Shown here piece after piece: positions 10,241 through 18,600 of a stretch of 64,000 bases of DNA; the first letter of the stretch is position 1; the number at the start of each line of letters is the position of its first letter. Source of the DNA: Bacillota bacterium (lineage in GTDB: Bacteria; Bacillota; Clostridia; Christensenellales; DTU072); contig WQYD01000002.1 in NCBI GenBank assembly GCA_009781445.1, positions 17,792 to 81,791 of the forward strand. The letters run 5' to 3'. Position numbers and translations under genes: made by a program. Under the pieces are notes generated by a model. It had not been told where the DNA came from. It did no database searches and saw nothing but the letters and a program-made list of their open reading frames with translations.

Positions 10241-11185
10241 TCAATCAATCATTTCTTTCAATGCATAATATTGCCACAAAAACACTTCTTTAAGCCCTGC
10301 GGTTTGCAAGGGCTTTTTGTTATAGGCTTTATCTATGCGCTTGAAAACTGCTTTTCCGCCTCTGAAGGGAATGCGCAGGAAGGTTTTGTAAAGTGCGTAT
10401 TTAAAGGTGTGGGGTTCTAAGGTTAAAAAGCCGTCATATCCGCGGTTCTTAATTAAATCGGTAAGGATTTCTTTGTAAAATCCTTCACCAAGCCCAAGAG
10501 GTACTTCAATTTTTTCGGGCGAACAATCCTTAATATGAACATAGGCAATATAATCCTTTAGTTCGTGGTAGGCTTCAAGCGCGTTCACGCCTGATTGCAC
10601 GAAGTTAGAAGAATCGTAAGCTTGCTTAAAATTATCGCAGTTAAGCGCGTTAAGGATTTCAAGGCAACGCGCAGGGGTATCGCCGTAAATGCCCTTTTCG
10701 TTTTCGTGAAGCAGGATAATATCCGTGCCTTTAACCAAATCAAGAAATCCGCTTAATTTTTTAAGAACCACAGGAAGCATTTCTATATACGCGTTTTCGC
10801 TTAAATTCCCTGCCTCTGCTTCCTTAAAGCCGTGCATTTTTCCGCCCTCACTGCCTGTAAAAAATGAGAAAATGCGGATAAATTTGCAATCGTTATCCTT
10901 GGCAATTTTAATCATTTCGCCAAGTTTCTTTAATTGCTTTTCATAGCCCAAGTCGTCATAAACGCCGATTTTGCCGATTCCTGTGCCAAGTGAGGAAATT
11001 TTAATGCCGTTTTGCGCCAAAAGGGGCGAAACTGTTTGCTTAAATTCTTCCGCAGTAAAATCTGTGATATTTTTACCGCTTATCCCTCTTAGGCAAATAT
11101 ATTCCTCATTAAGTTCTTTAATCAGCTTAATTTGTTTATTGATATTTCCAAAAGCCTCGTCATAAAATCCTGAAATCTTAACCAT
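10241..11185 (-). CDS. Sugar phosphate isomerase/epimerase (xylose isomerase-like TIM barrel)
   Basis: The ORF reads MVKISGFYDEA ... with the start moved to the ATG at 11185, which follows GAGGGGA. The layout is typical of the AP-endonuclease-2/xylose-isomerase-like TIM barrel family (FIRIFSFF, HENE, LEPH motifs). It is the last gene of the uronate operon. Confidence 0.75.
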   Translation of the reverse strand: MVKISGFYDEAFGNINKQIKLIKELNEEYICLRGISGKNITDFTAEEFKQTVSPLLAQNGIKISSLGTGIGKIGVYDDLGYEKQLKKLGEMIKIAKDNDCKFIRIFSFFTGSEGGKMHGFKEAEAGNLSENAYIEMLPVVLKKLSGFLDLVKGTDIILLHENEKGIYGDTPARCLEILNALNCDNFKQAYDSSNFVQSGVNALEAYHELKDYIAYVHIKDCSPEKIEVPLGLGEGFYKEILTDLIKNRGYDGFLTLEPHTFKYALYKTFLRIPFRGGKAVFKRIDKAYNKKPLQTAGLKEVFLWQYYALKEMID

Positions 11186-12341
11186 TATTGTTCCCCTCAT
11201 TTTCAATTTTTTTGTTTAGTTCTGTTAAAAACAAATCTTCATTTAGCGGTAAAGAAATTTCCTCTTTAAGCCATGAGGATAGATAAACCGCATTGGATAT
11301 AGTTAATCCGTTAATGCCCTCAATGCCTTCTGCAATAAGTTTTTCGCCCTTAAGAACCGCAAGGCTGAAATTTCTAAAAATGTTAATGTGTTGCCCCACA
11401 ATGCCCAAGCGGTAAGCATTTTTAAGCGTGCCAACCTTCATTTTTATCTTTTTACTGGGGAAAAGCATGGGAATAAATGTTTTATTAGTTTCGTTAAACA
11501 AAGGTTCGGGGGTTTTAAGTTTAACAAATGTTAGCTTTTCTTTTAAAAGATTTTGTTCAATCACAAGTTTTCCGCCGTCCCCGTCAATTTCCAAGCGGTT
11601 CGTCCCTGGGCAATCATGCGTGGAAGTTACAAATACACCGCTTGCGCCGTTTTCAAATTCCGCATAAAAGGTAACATCGTTTTCCACGCTGATATTTCTG
11701 TGCATTCCCTCTTTGGCATAACCGCGGATGGTTACGGGCATACCTGCAAGCCACTGAAATAAATCTATTTGGTGGGGGCATTGGTTAATCATAACGCCAC
11801 CGCCTTCGCCTGCCCAAGTTCCGCGCCAACCGCCCTGATCATAATAGGCTTGCGGTCTGTACCAATTTGTGATTACCCAATTTATCCTCTTAATTTCGCC
11901 CATTTCACCGCTTGCAATAATGCGCTTGGCTTCTTGGTAAAGGGGATTTGTGCGTTGGTTGTACATTATTCCGAATTTAAGATTCGGGTTTTCTTTTGCA
12001 ACCTCATTAAGCTGAGTTACCGCCTTTGTGAAAACGCCTGCGGGCTTTTCAATAAGCAAATGCTTGCCCGCTTTTAGCACTTCCGCACCGATAACAGGGT
12101 GATCATAATGAGGCGTTGCAACCACAACCGCGTCCACTTCGGCGGATTTCAAAAGTTCTTTATAATCCGAAAAGGTTTTCACGCCCTTAAAACTTGCTTC
12201 TGCCGATTTTAGCTTTTCGCTATCGGTATCGCACACCGCGGAAAGCACGCCGTTTTTATCATAGCCCTTAAATAGTTTTTTTGCGTGCAAAAAACCCATT
12301 TTGCCTATGCCTATAATTCCGTATCTTACCTTATTGTTCAT
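11178..12341 (-). CDS. Gfo/Idh/MocA family oxidoreductase
   Basis: N-terminal Rossmann motif VRYGIIGIGKMG and the EKP motif (LLIEKPAG). The start is placed at the ATG at 12341, preceded by AAGGAGG; the longer ORF-track start lacks a Shine-Dalgarno. Confidence 0.85.
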   Translation of the reverse strand: MNNKVRYGIIGIGKMGFLHAKKLFKGYDKNGVLSAVCDTDSEKLKSAEASFKGVKTFSDYKELLKSAEVDAVVVATPHYDHPVIGAEVLKAGKHLLIEKPAGVFTKAVTQLNEVAKENPNLKFGIMYNQRTNPLYQEAKRIIASGEMGEIKRINWVITNWYRPQAYYDQGGWRGTWAGEGGGVMINQCPHQIDLFQWLAGMPVTIRGYAKEGMHRNISVENDVTFYAEFENGASGVFVTSTHDCPGTNRLEIDGDGGKLVIEQNLLKEKLTFVKLKTPEPLFNETNKTFIPMLFPSKKIKMKVGTLKNAYRLGIVGQHINIFRNFSLAVLKGEKLIAEGIEGINGLTISNAVYLSSWLKEEISLPLNEDLFLTELNKKIENEGNNNG

Positions 12342-13455
12342 TTTGCCTCCTTTCGCTAAGTAGCTTTTCATATTGTTCATTATCCATTGGAAATGTGATT
12401 TTTTTGCCCGTCCATGAGGACGCATATATTCCGTTAATTATATTAAGCGCGCTTAACCCCTCTTTTGCAGGGGCGATAAGTTTTTCACCGCTTGTTAAAT
12501 GCTTTGCAAAATTTTGGATTATATTAAGCTGTTGCCCGAAAGCAAGGTATTTTATCAGCCCCAAACCGTATCTAAATTTTTTAGTTTTTGTGGCGATAAC
12601 CGCGCCGTAGCCAAAGTTTGTGCGCTTGTTATGAATATCTTCCGCCCGTGCAAAAAGCGTTCTTTTCATGCTAAATTCAGAGGCGCAGACATTACCCTTG
12701 CTTCCTGCAATTTCAAGCCTGTTTACGCCTTTTAACTCATGCCCCGAAGCCACAAAAGAACAAAACACGCCGTTTTTAAATTCAATTATGGCTACTGCGT
12801 CATTTTCTGCGGTGATATTTCTGTTCACGGTGGCAATATGCGCTTCAACTGCAACCGCCTCACCGAATATCCATGTTAAAATGTCCAATTGGTGTACACA
12901 TTGATTTATAAGTATGCCACCGCCCTCACCCGTCCATGTTCCGCGCCAGCTATCGTGGCGGTAATATGCGTCCGCACGGTACCAATTAGTTATGGTAAGG
13001 GAAATGCGCTTAATGTCCCCAAGCCTTTCGTTTAAAATATCCGTGCGGATTCTATTATATATAGGATTAGTCCGTTGGTTATACATTATTGCCACAGGGA
13101 CATTAGGGTTTGAGTTAATGGTGCTGATTAGGCTTTCTGCGTCCTTCGCCGTTACGGCAAGGGGCTTTTCAATAAGAACCGCCACGCCTGCGTTAATAAA
13201 AAAGTTTGCAATTTCAGTGTGAGAATAATGAGGGGTGGCGATAAGAACTGCGTCAGGCTTGCAATTTTCAAGCATTTCTTTATAATCAAGAAAACCTTTC
13301 ACGCCCTTGTGCTTTTTGCAAAATTTGTTGATTTTTTCTTGGCTTATATCGGCAACGGCGGTAAGCGTAAAGCCCTTAGCACGCCCTGCGTAAATATTAT
13401 TAGCGTGCCTTTTTCCCATGCGCCCGATTCCGATTACCGCAAAACTCTTCTTCAT
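12331..13455 (-). CDS. Gfo/Idh/MocA family oxidoreductase (paralog)
   Basis: FAVIGIGRMGKRH Rossmann motif and VLIEKPLA, with an AAGAGG Shine-Dalgarno. About 35-40 percent identical by eye to the downstream paralog. Confidence 0.85.
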   Translation of the reverse strand: MKKSFAVIGIGRMGKRHANNIYAGRAKGFTLTAVADISQEKINKFCKKHKGVKGFLDYKEMLENCKPDAVLIATPHYSHTEIANFFINAGVAVLIEKPLAVTAKDAESLISTINSNPNVPVAIMYNQRTNPIYNRIRTDILNERLGDIKRISLTITNWYRADAYYRHDSWRGTWTGEGGGILINQCVHQLDILTWIFGEAVAVEAHIATVNRNITAENDAVAIIEFKNGVFCSFVASGHELKGVNRLEIAGSKGNVCASEFSMKRTLFARAEDIHNKRTNFGYGAVIATKTKKFRYGLGLIKYLAFGQQLNIIQNFAKHLTSGEKLIAPAKEGLSALNIINGIYASSWTGKKITFPMDNEQYEKLLSERRQNEQ

Positions 13456-13522
13456 TCTAAACCTCTTTTCATTTTAACCATTGAACTTTCCTTCTTTTTA
13501 AACCCTTAAACCTTCGTTCATT

Positions 13523-14335
13523 CTAAACCCCTGAAAACGCGGAAAATCCGCCGTCCACAGGAAGCACAACCCCTGTAACAAATCCGCTTTCGCTATCATT
13601 TGCCAAAAAATCCACCGCGCCAAGCAGTTCTTTTGCTTCGCCGAACCTGCCCATTGGTGTGTTTTTTAGGATTTTATCCGAACGCGCCGTTAAAGAACCG
13701 TCTTGGTTAAATAAAAGTGTCTTGTTTTGCGCAGTGGCAAAGAACCCAGGGGCGATTGCATTTACGCGGATTCCGCTTTTCGCAAAATACACGGCAAGCC
13801 ATTGCGTAAAGTTTGAAACCCCTGCTTTAGAAGCGGAATAGGCAGGAATTTTGGTAAGCGGTGCAAAAGCGTTCATGCTTGATATGTTAATAATTGCACC
13901 GCTTTTTTTGTCTGCCATGCTTTTTGCAAAAACTTGCGTGGTTAAAAATGTACCCATAAAGTTTAAATTGAACACAAAATCAACGCCGTCCTTCGTCAAT
14001 TCAAAAAAACTTTTTGCTTCGCGTTCGTACATTTCGCTATCGGTGGTAGCCATGGGGTTGTTACCGCCTGCGCCGTTAATTAGCACAGTGCAAGCCCCCA
14101 AATCCGCCGTAATTTTATCCCTTGCGCTTTCAAGCGAAGCCTTATTCAGAACATCGGCTTCGTATCCTTTGGCGGTAAATCCCTTTTGGTTCAATTCGCT
14201 TGCCAATCTGCAAACGCTGTCGCCGTTTTTGTCTATAAGTGCCACTTTATCACCGTTCATTGCAAAAAACCGTGCAATTTCACCGCACAAAACGCCACCC
14301 GCGCCCGTTATAACAATTACTCTTTCTTTTTTCAT
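13523..14335 (-). CDS. SDR family oxidoreductase, probably the SDR-type D-mannonate/fructuronate oxidoreductase
   Basis: VITGAGGVLCG (TGxxGxxG) and YSASKAG (YxxxK). It sits next to uxuA/uxaC, as UxuB-type SDRs do in Firmicutes. Shine-Dalgarno AGGGGGA. Confidence 0.75.
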   Translation of the reverse strand: MKKERVIVITGAGGVLCGEIARFFAMNGDKVALIDKNGDSVCRLASELNQKGFTAKGYEADVLNKASLESARDKITADLGACTVLINGAGGNNPMATTDSEMYEREAKSFFELTKDGVDFVFNLNFMGTFLTTQVFAKSMADKKSGAIINISSMNAFAPLTKIPAYSASKAGVSNFTQWLAVYFAKSGIRVNAIAPGFFATAQNKTLLFNQDGSLTARSDKILKNTPMGRFGEAKELLGAVDFLANDSESGFVTGVVLPVDGGFSAFSGV

Positions 14336-14355
14336 AATTATTTCCCCCTGAGGCT

Positions 14356-14500
14356 TAATTCAGAATTCAGAATTCAGAATGCAGAATTATGGATTAATTA
14401 ACTAATGAGATTTAGAATCCAACCCTGCAACCTGCATCCTGCAACCTGCCCCCTCAATAATGATATTTAGATTCCATAATTCGTACTTCGTACTTCTTAC
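14356..14500. repeat. Modular heptamer-array repeat cluster (3 modules) inside the uronate operon
   Basis: Reverse AATTCAG x3 plus AATGCAG array ending TTATGGATT; anchor ACTAATGAGATTTAGAATCC (14401-14420) with a CTGCAAC-type array; anchor AATAATGATATTTAGATTCC (14456-14475) with a TCGTACT-type array that abuts the uxuA stop. Confidence 0.9.
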
Positions 14501-15526
14501 TTAGCACCCTTCCCATAACCCCAATATATAAGTCGCGCCAAGCGCCCTGTCAAAAAGTCCGTAGCCGAACTTTCCTGTTTCGCCCCAAATCATTCTGCCG
14601 TGATCGGGGCGGATATATCCGTTAAATCCGCTTTGCTTTAATTCTTTCACTATTTCTGCCATATTTAGGCTTCCGCACGCGCTTGGGTGCGCGGTTTCGG
14701 TAAAATCCTTTTCATTGATAAGTTTAATGTTTCTTAAATGCGCAAAATGGATTCTTCCTTTTGCAATGCGGATAATTTCGCTTAAATCATTATCGCGCCC
14801 TGCGCCCAACGAACCTGCGCAAAAGGTTATGCCGTTATTAGTGCAATCCACCGCGGATAAAATCCTCTTTATAGAGGCTTTTCCTGTAACAATGCGGGGC
14901 AAGCCGAAAATTCCCCAAGGGGGATCGTCTGGGTGAATTGCCATATTTATGCCAACCTCTTTTGCCACGGGGATTACCTCACGCAGGAAGTTTTCAAGGT
15001 TTTTAAAAAGCCTTTCTTCGCTAATATCCGCATATTTATTTAAAAGTTCTTTTAATTGTTCCTTTGTGTAAGATTCGTCCCACCCCGGAAGTGAAAGCCC
15101 GCTTGTTAAAGGGTTCATATTAAGCACGGTTTCGTGATTATACGCAAGCGCGTGCGAACCGTCCTCAAGAGGCGAAGAAAGTTCGCTTCTAAGCCAATCA
15201 AACACAGGCATAAAGTTATAGCAAACGCATTTAATGCCAAATTTTGCAAGCCTTCTTAAATTTTCCTTATAATTCTCAATATATTGTTTTGCAGTCGCAA
15301 GCCCAAGTTTAATATCCTCATGCACAGGCACGCTTTCAATAACCTCGCAGGAAAGCCCCTTGTTGTGGCAGGCGGTAACAAGCCTTTTAATGCTTTCTTC
15401 AGCCCACACCGTGCCAACAGGCGTGTCATAAACGGCGGTAACCACGCCGTGAATGCAAGGTATTTGGCGAATCATATCAAGGGTAACCTTATCCGATTCG
15501 CCGTACCACCTGAATGTCATTTTCAT
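14501..15526 (-). CDS. uxuA: Mannonate dehydratase UxuA
   Basis: MKMTFRWYGESD N-terminus and overall UxuA-like sequence. The ATGA start/stop overlap with uxaC suggests translational coupling. Confidence 0.9.
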   Translation of the reverse strand: MKMTFRWYGESDKVTLDMIRQIPCIHGVVTAVYDTPVGTVWAEESIKRLVTACHNKGLSCEVIESVPVHEDIKLGLATAKQYIENYKENLRRLAKFGIKCVCYNFMPVFDWLRSELSSPLEDGSHALAYNHETVLNMNPLTSGLSLPGWDESYTKEQLKELLNKYADISEERLFKNLENFLREVIPVAKEVGINMAIHPDDPPWGIFGLPRIVTGKASIKRILSAVDCTNNGITFCAGSLGAGRDNDLSEIIRIAKGRIHFAHLRNIKLINEKDFTETAHPSACGSLNMAEIVKELKQSGFNGYIRPDHGRMIWGETGKFGYGLFDRALGATYILGLWEGC

Positions 15527-16857
15527 AGCTTAAGTTCCCCCTTCATGCCGTAGTAAGATAATTGCCTTGCAGTATCGTAAATTACTTTTTTATTTTCCTT
15601 TTTATACCGCGAAAGAAAATCAGCCAAAATTTTTCTAAAGTAAATGTGGCGGGAATAGGAAAGAAAACTTCTGCTATCCGTAAGCATCCCAGGGACGGCG
15701 GATATGTGCGAAAGTTCACTTACGCTTTCTAAGTAATTTTCTATTCCTCTTTTGTGATCGTTAAACCACCACGCTATGCCGAGGCGCACTTCACGAAATG
15801 AACCGATTAGCGAAATTAAAGGATAATAGTCGGTTGGGTTTAACGAGTAAATAATGGTGTTTGGGATACCGTTATTTGAATTAAGGTAATTCAAAACGCA
15901 ATTTATTCCGTTAAGATTAAATCCAACGCCCACCGTATCGCAACCTAAGTCCGTGCCCACATTTTTAAATAAAACCGCATTAGTATTGCGAACCACATTA
16001 ATATGCCACTGCGCTGTAAACCCAAATTCCTTGCTTTTTTCAAGCCAAAAGATATACATATAATCACGGAAGTTTGAGTAGTCTGTGCTATCCGCTTTGC
16101 CTGCAAGTATTGCCTTAAATGCTTCGCTTGCCTTATCACGGCTACCTACTGCAAGAGGAAAATGCGCTATACCAAGATCAGAAAACACACAACCGCATTC
16201 CTTAAAAAAAGCCATGCGGTTTTCCACCGCACCCAAGAAACCCTCAAGGCTTTTTATGCTTTTTTCCGTTACTTCTTCAAGCCTTTTTAGATACGGAAGA
16301 AAATCCTGCGGAACGGGGGCAAAAAGCCTATCCGCACGGAACGAAGGGGTAACCCTTGTTCTAAAGTTTTTATCTTCCTTAATAAGTTTGTGATATTCAA
16401 GGCTATCGCATGGATCGTCTGTGGTGGCAACGAATTCCACCTTACACTTATTTAAAATCTTTCGTGGTGATAAACCCTCTTTTTCAATATATGTATTTGC
16501 CAAATTTAGAATTTTATCTGCGTTTTTTGGCAAAAGAGGTAGCTTTATACCAAAAAACTGCAGGAGTTCCAATTCCGCCCAATCCTTTAAGGGGTTGCCG
16601 AACGCGTTATGAACCGCTTCCGTGAACGCTTTAAACTTCAAACTAAAATCCGCATTGCCTGTTATCAATTCTTCAGAAACGCCAAAAGCACGCATTAACC
16701 GCCATTTGTAATGATCGCACTCAAGCCACATTTTGGCAAGGCACTCAAAGGGCTTATCCTCATAAATCTCTTTGGGGCTTAAATGGCAATGGTAATCAAT
16801 TATTGGCAAGCCCTTTATGCGGTTATAAATTTTTTTTGAAAAAGCGGAACTAATCAT
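15523..16857 (-). CDS. uxaC: Glucuronate isomerase UxaC
   Basis: LPIIDYHCHLSPKEI motif near the N-terminus and a length of 444 aa. ATGA overlap with kdgK. Confidence 0.9.
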   Translation of the reverse strand: MISSAFSKKIYNRIKGLPIIDYHCHLSPKEIYEDKPFECLAKMWLECDHYKWRLMRAFGVSEELITGNADFSLKFKAFTEAVHNAFGNPLKDWAELELLQFFGIKLPLLPKNADKILNLANTYIEKEGLSPRKILNKCKVEFVATTDDPCDSLEYHKLIKEDKNFRTRVTPSFRADRLFAPVPQDFLPYLKRLEEVTEKSIKSLEGFLGAVENRMAFFKECGCVFSDLGIAHFPLAVGSRDKASEAFKAILAGKADSTDYSNFRDYMYIFWLEKSKEFGFTAQWHINVVRNTNAVLFKNVGTDLGCDTVGVGFNLNGINCVLNYLNSNNGIPNTIIYSLNPTDYYPLISLIGSFREVRLGIAWWFNDHKRGIENYLESVSELSHISAVPGMLTDSRSFLSYSRHIYFRKILADFLSRYKKENKKVIYDTARQLSYYGMKGELKL

Positions 16858-17903
16858 CTTTGCACCCTTCCGCTTCCGCCGTTTTTAATCAATTCCTCAA
16901 CCTCTGCCACCGAAGTTATATTAAAATCACCGTGGATTGTGTGCTTGATTGCAGAGGAAGCCGTGGCAAATTCGGCGGAAAATTCGGGGCTTTCGCCGTT
17001 TTTAAGCGCGTAAATCAAACCTGCCACGAAGCTATCGCCACCGCCTATGCGATCCGTTATCGGTTCAATGCGGTATTCCTGCGATAGCGCGCACTTGCCA
17101 CCGCGTGCAAGCACCATACCGCGCCATGTGTTCACGGTGGCGGAAATGCTTCCCCTTAAAGTAAAAGCGATTGTGTTAAGAGAGGGAAATAATTTAAAAA
17201 GCGTTTCGCCAAGGTTTTTATAGCCGTCTAAAGAAAGCACGCCTTTATCTGCGTCCGCGCCTTCCGCTTCCAGCCCTAAGCACATTTTTGTGTCCTCTTC
17301 GTTTGAAATCAGCACGCTAACGAATTCCATAAGCGGTGTCATAACCGCTTGCGCCTCTTTGGTTGTCCATAGTTTTTTGCGGTAATTAAGATCGCACGAA
17401 ACGGTGATATTTTTCTTTTTCGCAACCTTTAAAATTGATAGTAATGCCGTTAAAGCGTTTTTAGATAATGCAGGTGTGATTCCTGTAAAATGAAACCATG
17501 AAACACCGTTTAAAAGATTATCCGCGTTTAGTTCGGATTCGTTTATAGAGTTAACGGAAGCACCTTTTCTATCGTAAATAATTTTACTTGGGCGCATTGC
17601 CGTGCCTTTTTCGCAAAAATAAATGCCCATTCGTTCGCCACCGCGCAAAATTAAAGAAGTGTCTACACCGAATGATTTTAAATCACGGATACATTTTTCG
17701 CCAATGTCATTATTGGGAAGTTTTGTAAAAAATGCGGTGCTTTCGCCAAATTGTGCTAAGGAAACCGCCACATTTGCTTCGCCACCGCCAAAGCACGCCT
17801 CATAATATGAGGTTTGCAAAAATTTTAAGCCGTTCGGCGGTTGCAATCTAAGCATGATTTCGCCGAATGTTAGCACCTTACCTTTCATACCTTTCTCACT
17901 CAT
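16854..17903 (-). CDS. kdgK: 2-dehydro-3-deoxygluconokinase (PfkB family) KdgK
   Basis: PfkB motifs (VLTFGEIMLRL; C-terminal GGGDSFVAG). The start is placed at the ATG at 17903, which forms an ATGA overlap with the eda stop, matching the other junctions of this operon. The alternative start at 17888 is not excluded. Confidence 0.8.
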   Translation of the reverse strand: MSEKGMKGKVLTFGEIMLRLQPPNGLKFLQTSYYEACFGGGEANVAVSLAQFGESTAFFTKLPNNDIGEKCIRDLKSFGVDTSLILRGGERMGIYFCEKGTAMRPSKIIYDRKGASVNSINESELNADNLLNGVSWFHFTGITPALSKNALTALLSILKVAKKKNITVSCDLNYRKKLWTTKEAQAVMTPLMEFVSVLISNEEDTKMCLGLEAEGADADKGVLSLDGYKNLGETLFKLFPSLNTIAFTLRGSISATVNTWRGMVLARGGKCALSQEYRIEPITDRIGGGDSFVAGLIYALKNGESPEFSAEFATASSAIKHTIHGDFNITSVAEVEELIKNGGSGRVQR

Positions 17904-18499
17904 TTCTTTGCTATTGCCACCCATTTTTTAATTTCTTCCGCACTTAAAGCCGTAAGTTTTGCGCCCGCACCCACCGCGCTTGCGCCTGCGTTAAGCCAAT
18001 CCGCCGTGTTTTCTTTATCCACACCGCCCGTAACCATAAATTTTGCTTTTGGAAACACAGGCTTAAGAGATTTTAAGATTTCCATGTTTCCGGGAAAAAG
18101 TTTTAAAATATCCACACCGCATTCAAGTGCCGTTTGCGCTTCGCTTGCCGTGTAAATCCCCGGAATATACGGCACTGAATATCTATTGCACAGCTTTGCC
18201 GTTTCCGCGTTAAGGCAGGGGCTTACAATAAATTCCGCGCCCGAAAGGATTGCAATCCGCGCCGTTTCCGCGTCAAGAACAGTGCCTGCGCCAAGCAAAA
18301 CCCCCGTGCCTTTAAGTTTTAGGCTTAACTCTTTAATAATTTCGTCCGCAAAAGGCACGGTAAAAGTAACCTCAATTACCTTAATTCCGCCCGCAATGCA
18401 GTTCGTTGCAGTTTGCAACGCGCTTTCCTTGCTTTCGCCCCTAATCACCGCCACAAGTTTTGCCGATATAATGCCGTTAATAATGCTAAATTTATCCAT
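17900..18499 (-). CDS. eda: KDPG / 4-hydroxy-2-oxoglutarate aldolase Eda
   Basis: 199-aa ORF with KLVAVIRG ... GGIKVIEVTF ... KLFPG ... the Eda/KHG aldolase pattern. It is the first gene of the operon. Confidence 0.85.
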   Translation of the reverse strand: MDKFSIINGIISAKLVAVIRGESKESALQTATNCIAGGIKVIEVTFTVPFADEIIKELSLKLKGTGVLLGAGTVLDAETARIAILSGAEFIVSPCLNAETAKLCNRYSVPYIPGIYTASEAQTALECGVDILKLFPGNMEILKSLKPVFPKAKFMVTGGVDKENTADWLNAGASAVGAGAKLTALSAEEIKKWVAIAKK

Positions 18500-18505
18500 G
18501 ATTAA

Positions 18506-18536
18506 ATTATATCACAAGAAAGCGTTTTGTGATATA
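18506..18536 (-). promoter_or_regulatory. Extended -10 promoter (TGATATAAT) overlapped by a perfect 10-bp inverted repeat (TATATCACAA-9 nt-TTGTGATATA); candidate operator of the uronate operon
   Basis: On the minus strand TATAAT (18511-18506) lies 6 nt from the eda ATG (18499) and there is no Shine-Dalgarno. The IR arms are at 18508-18517 and 18527-18536. Confidence 0.4.
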
Positions 18537-18547
18537 CTGTATTAAAT

Positions 18548-18586
18548 AATCCATAATTCTGCATTCTGAATTCTTAATTCTGAATT
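18548..18586. repeat. Heptamer-array module (AATCC + ATAATT + CTGCATT CTGAATT CTTAATT CTGAATT)
   Basis: Same array family as at 14356, 22251 and 2641. It lies in the eda/galE divergent region, directly upstream of the galE Shine-Dalgarno. Confidence 0.85.
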
Positions 18587-18600
18587 AAAAAGGTGGTTAA

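Noticed and set aside
12342-12425. Longer start for the second Gfo/Idh/MocA gene (MRPHGRAKKSHFQW...).
   Set aside because: There is no Shine-Dalgarno, and it overlaps the upstream paralog by 95 nt. The ATG at 12341 follows AAGGAGG and places the Rossmann GxGxxG at the usual distance from the N-terminus.
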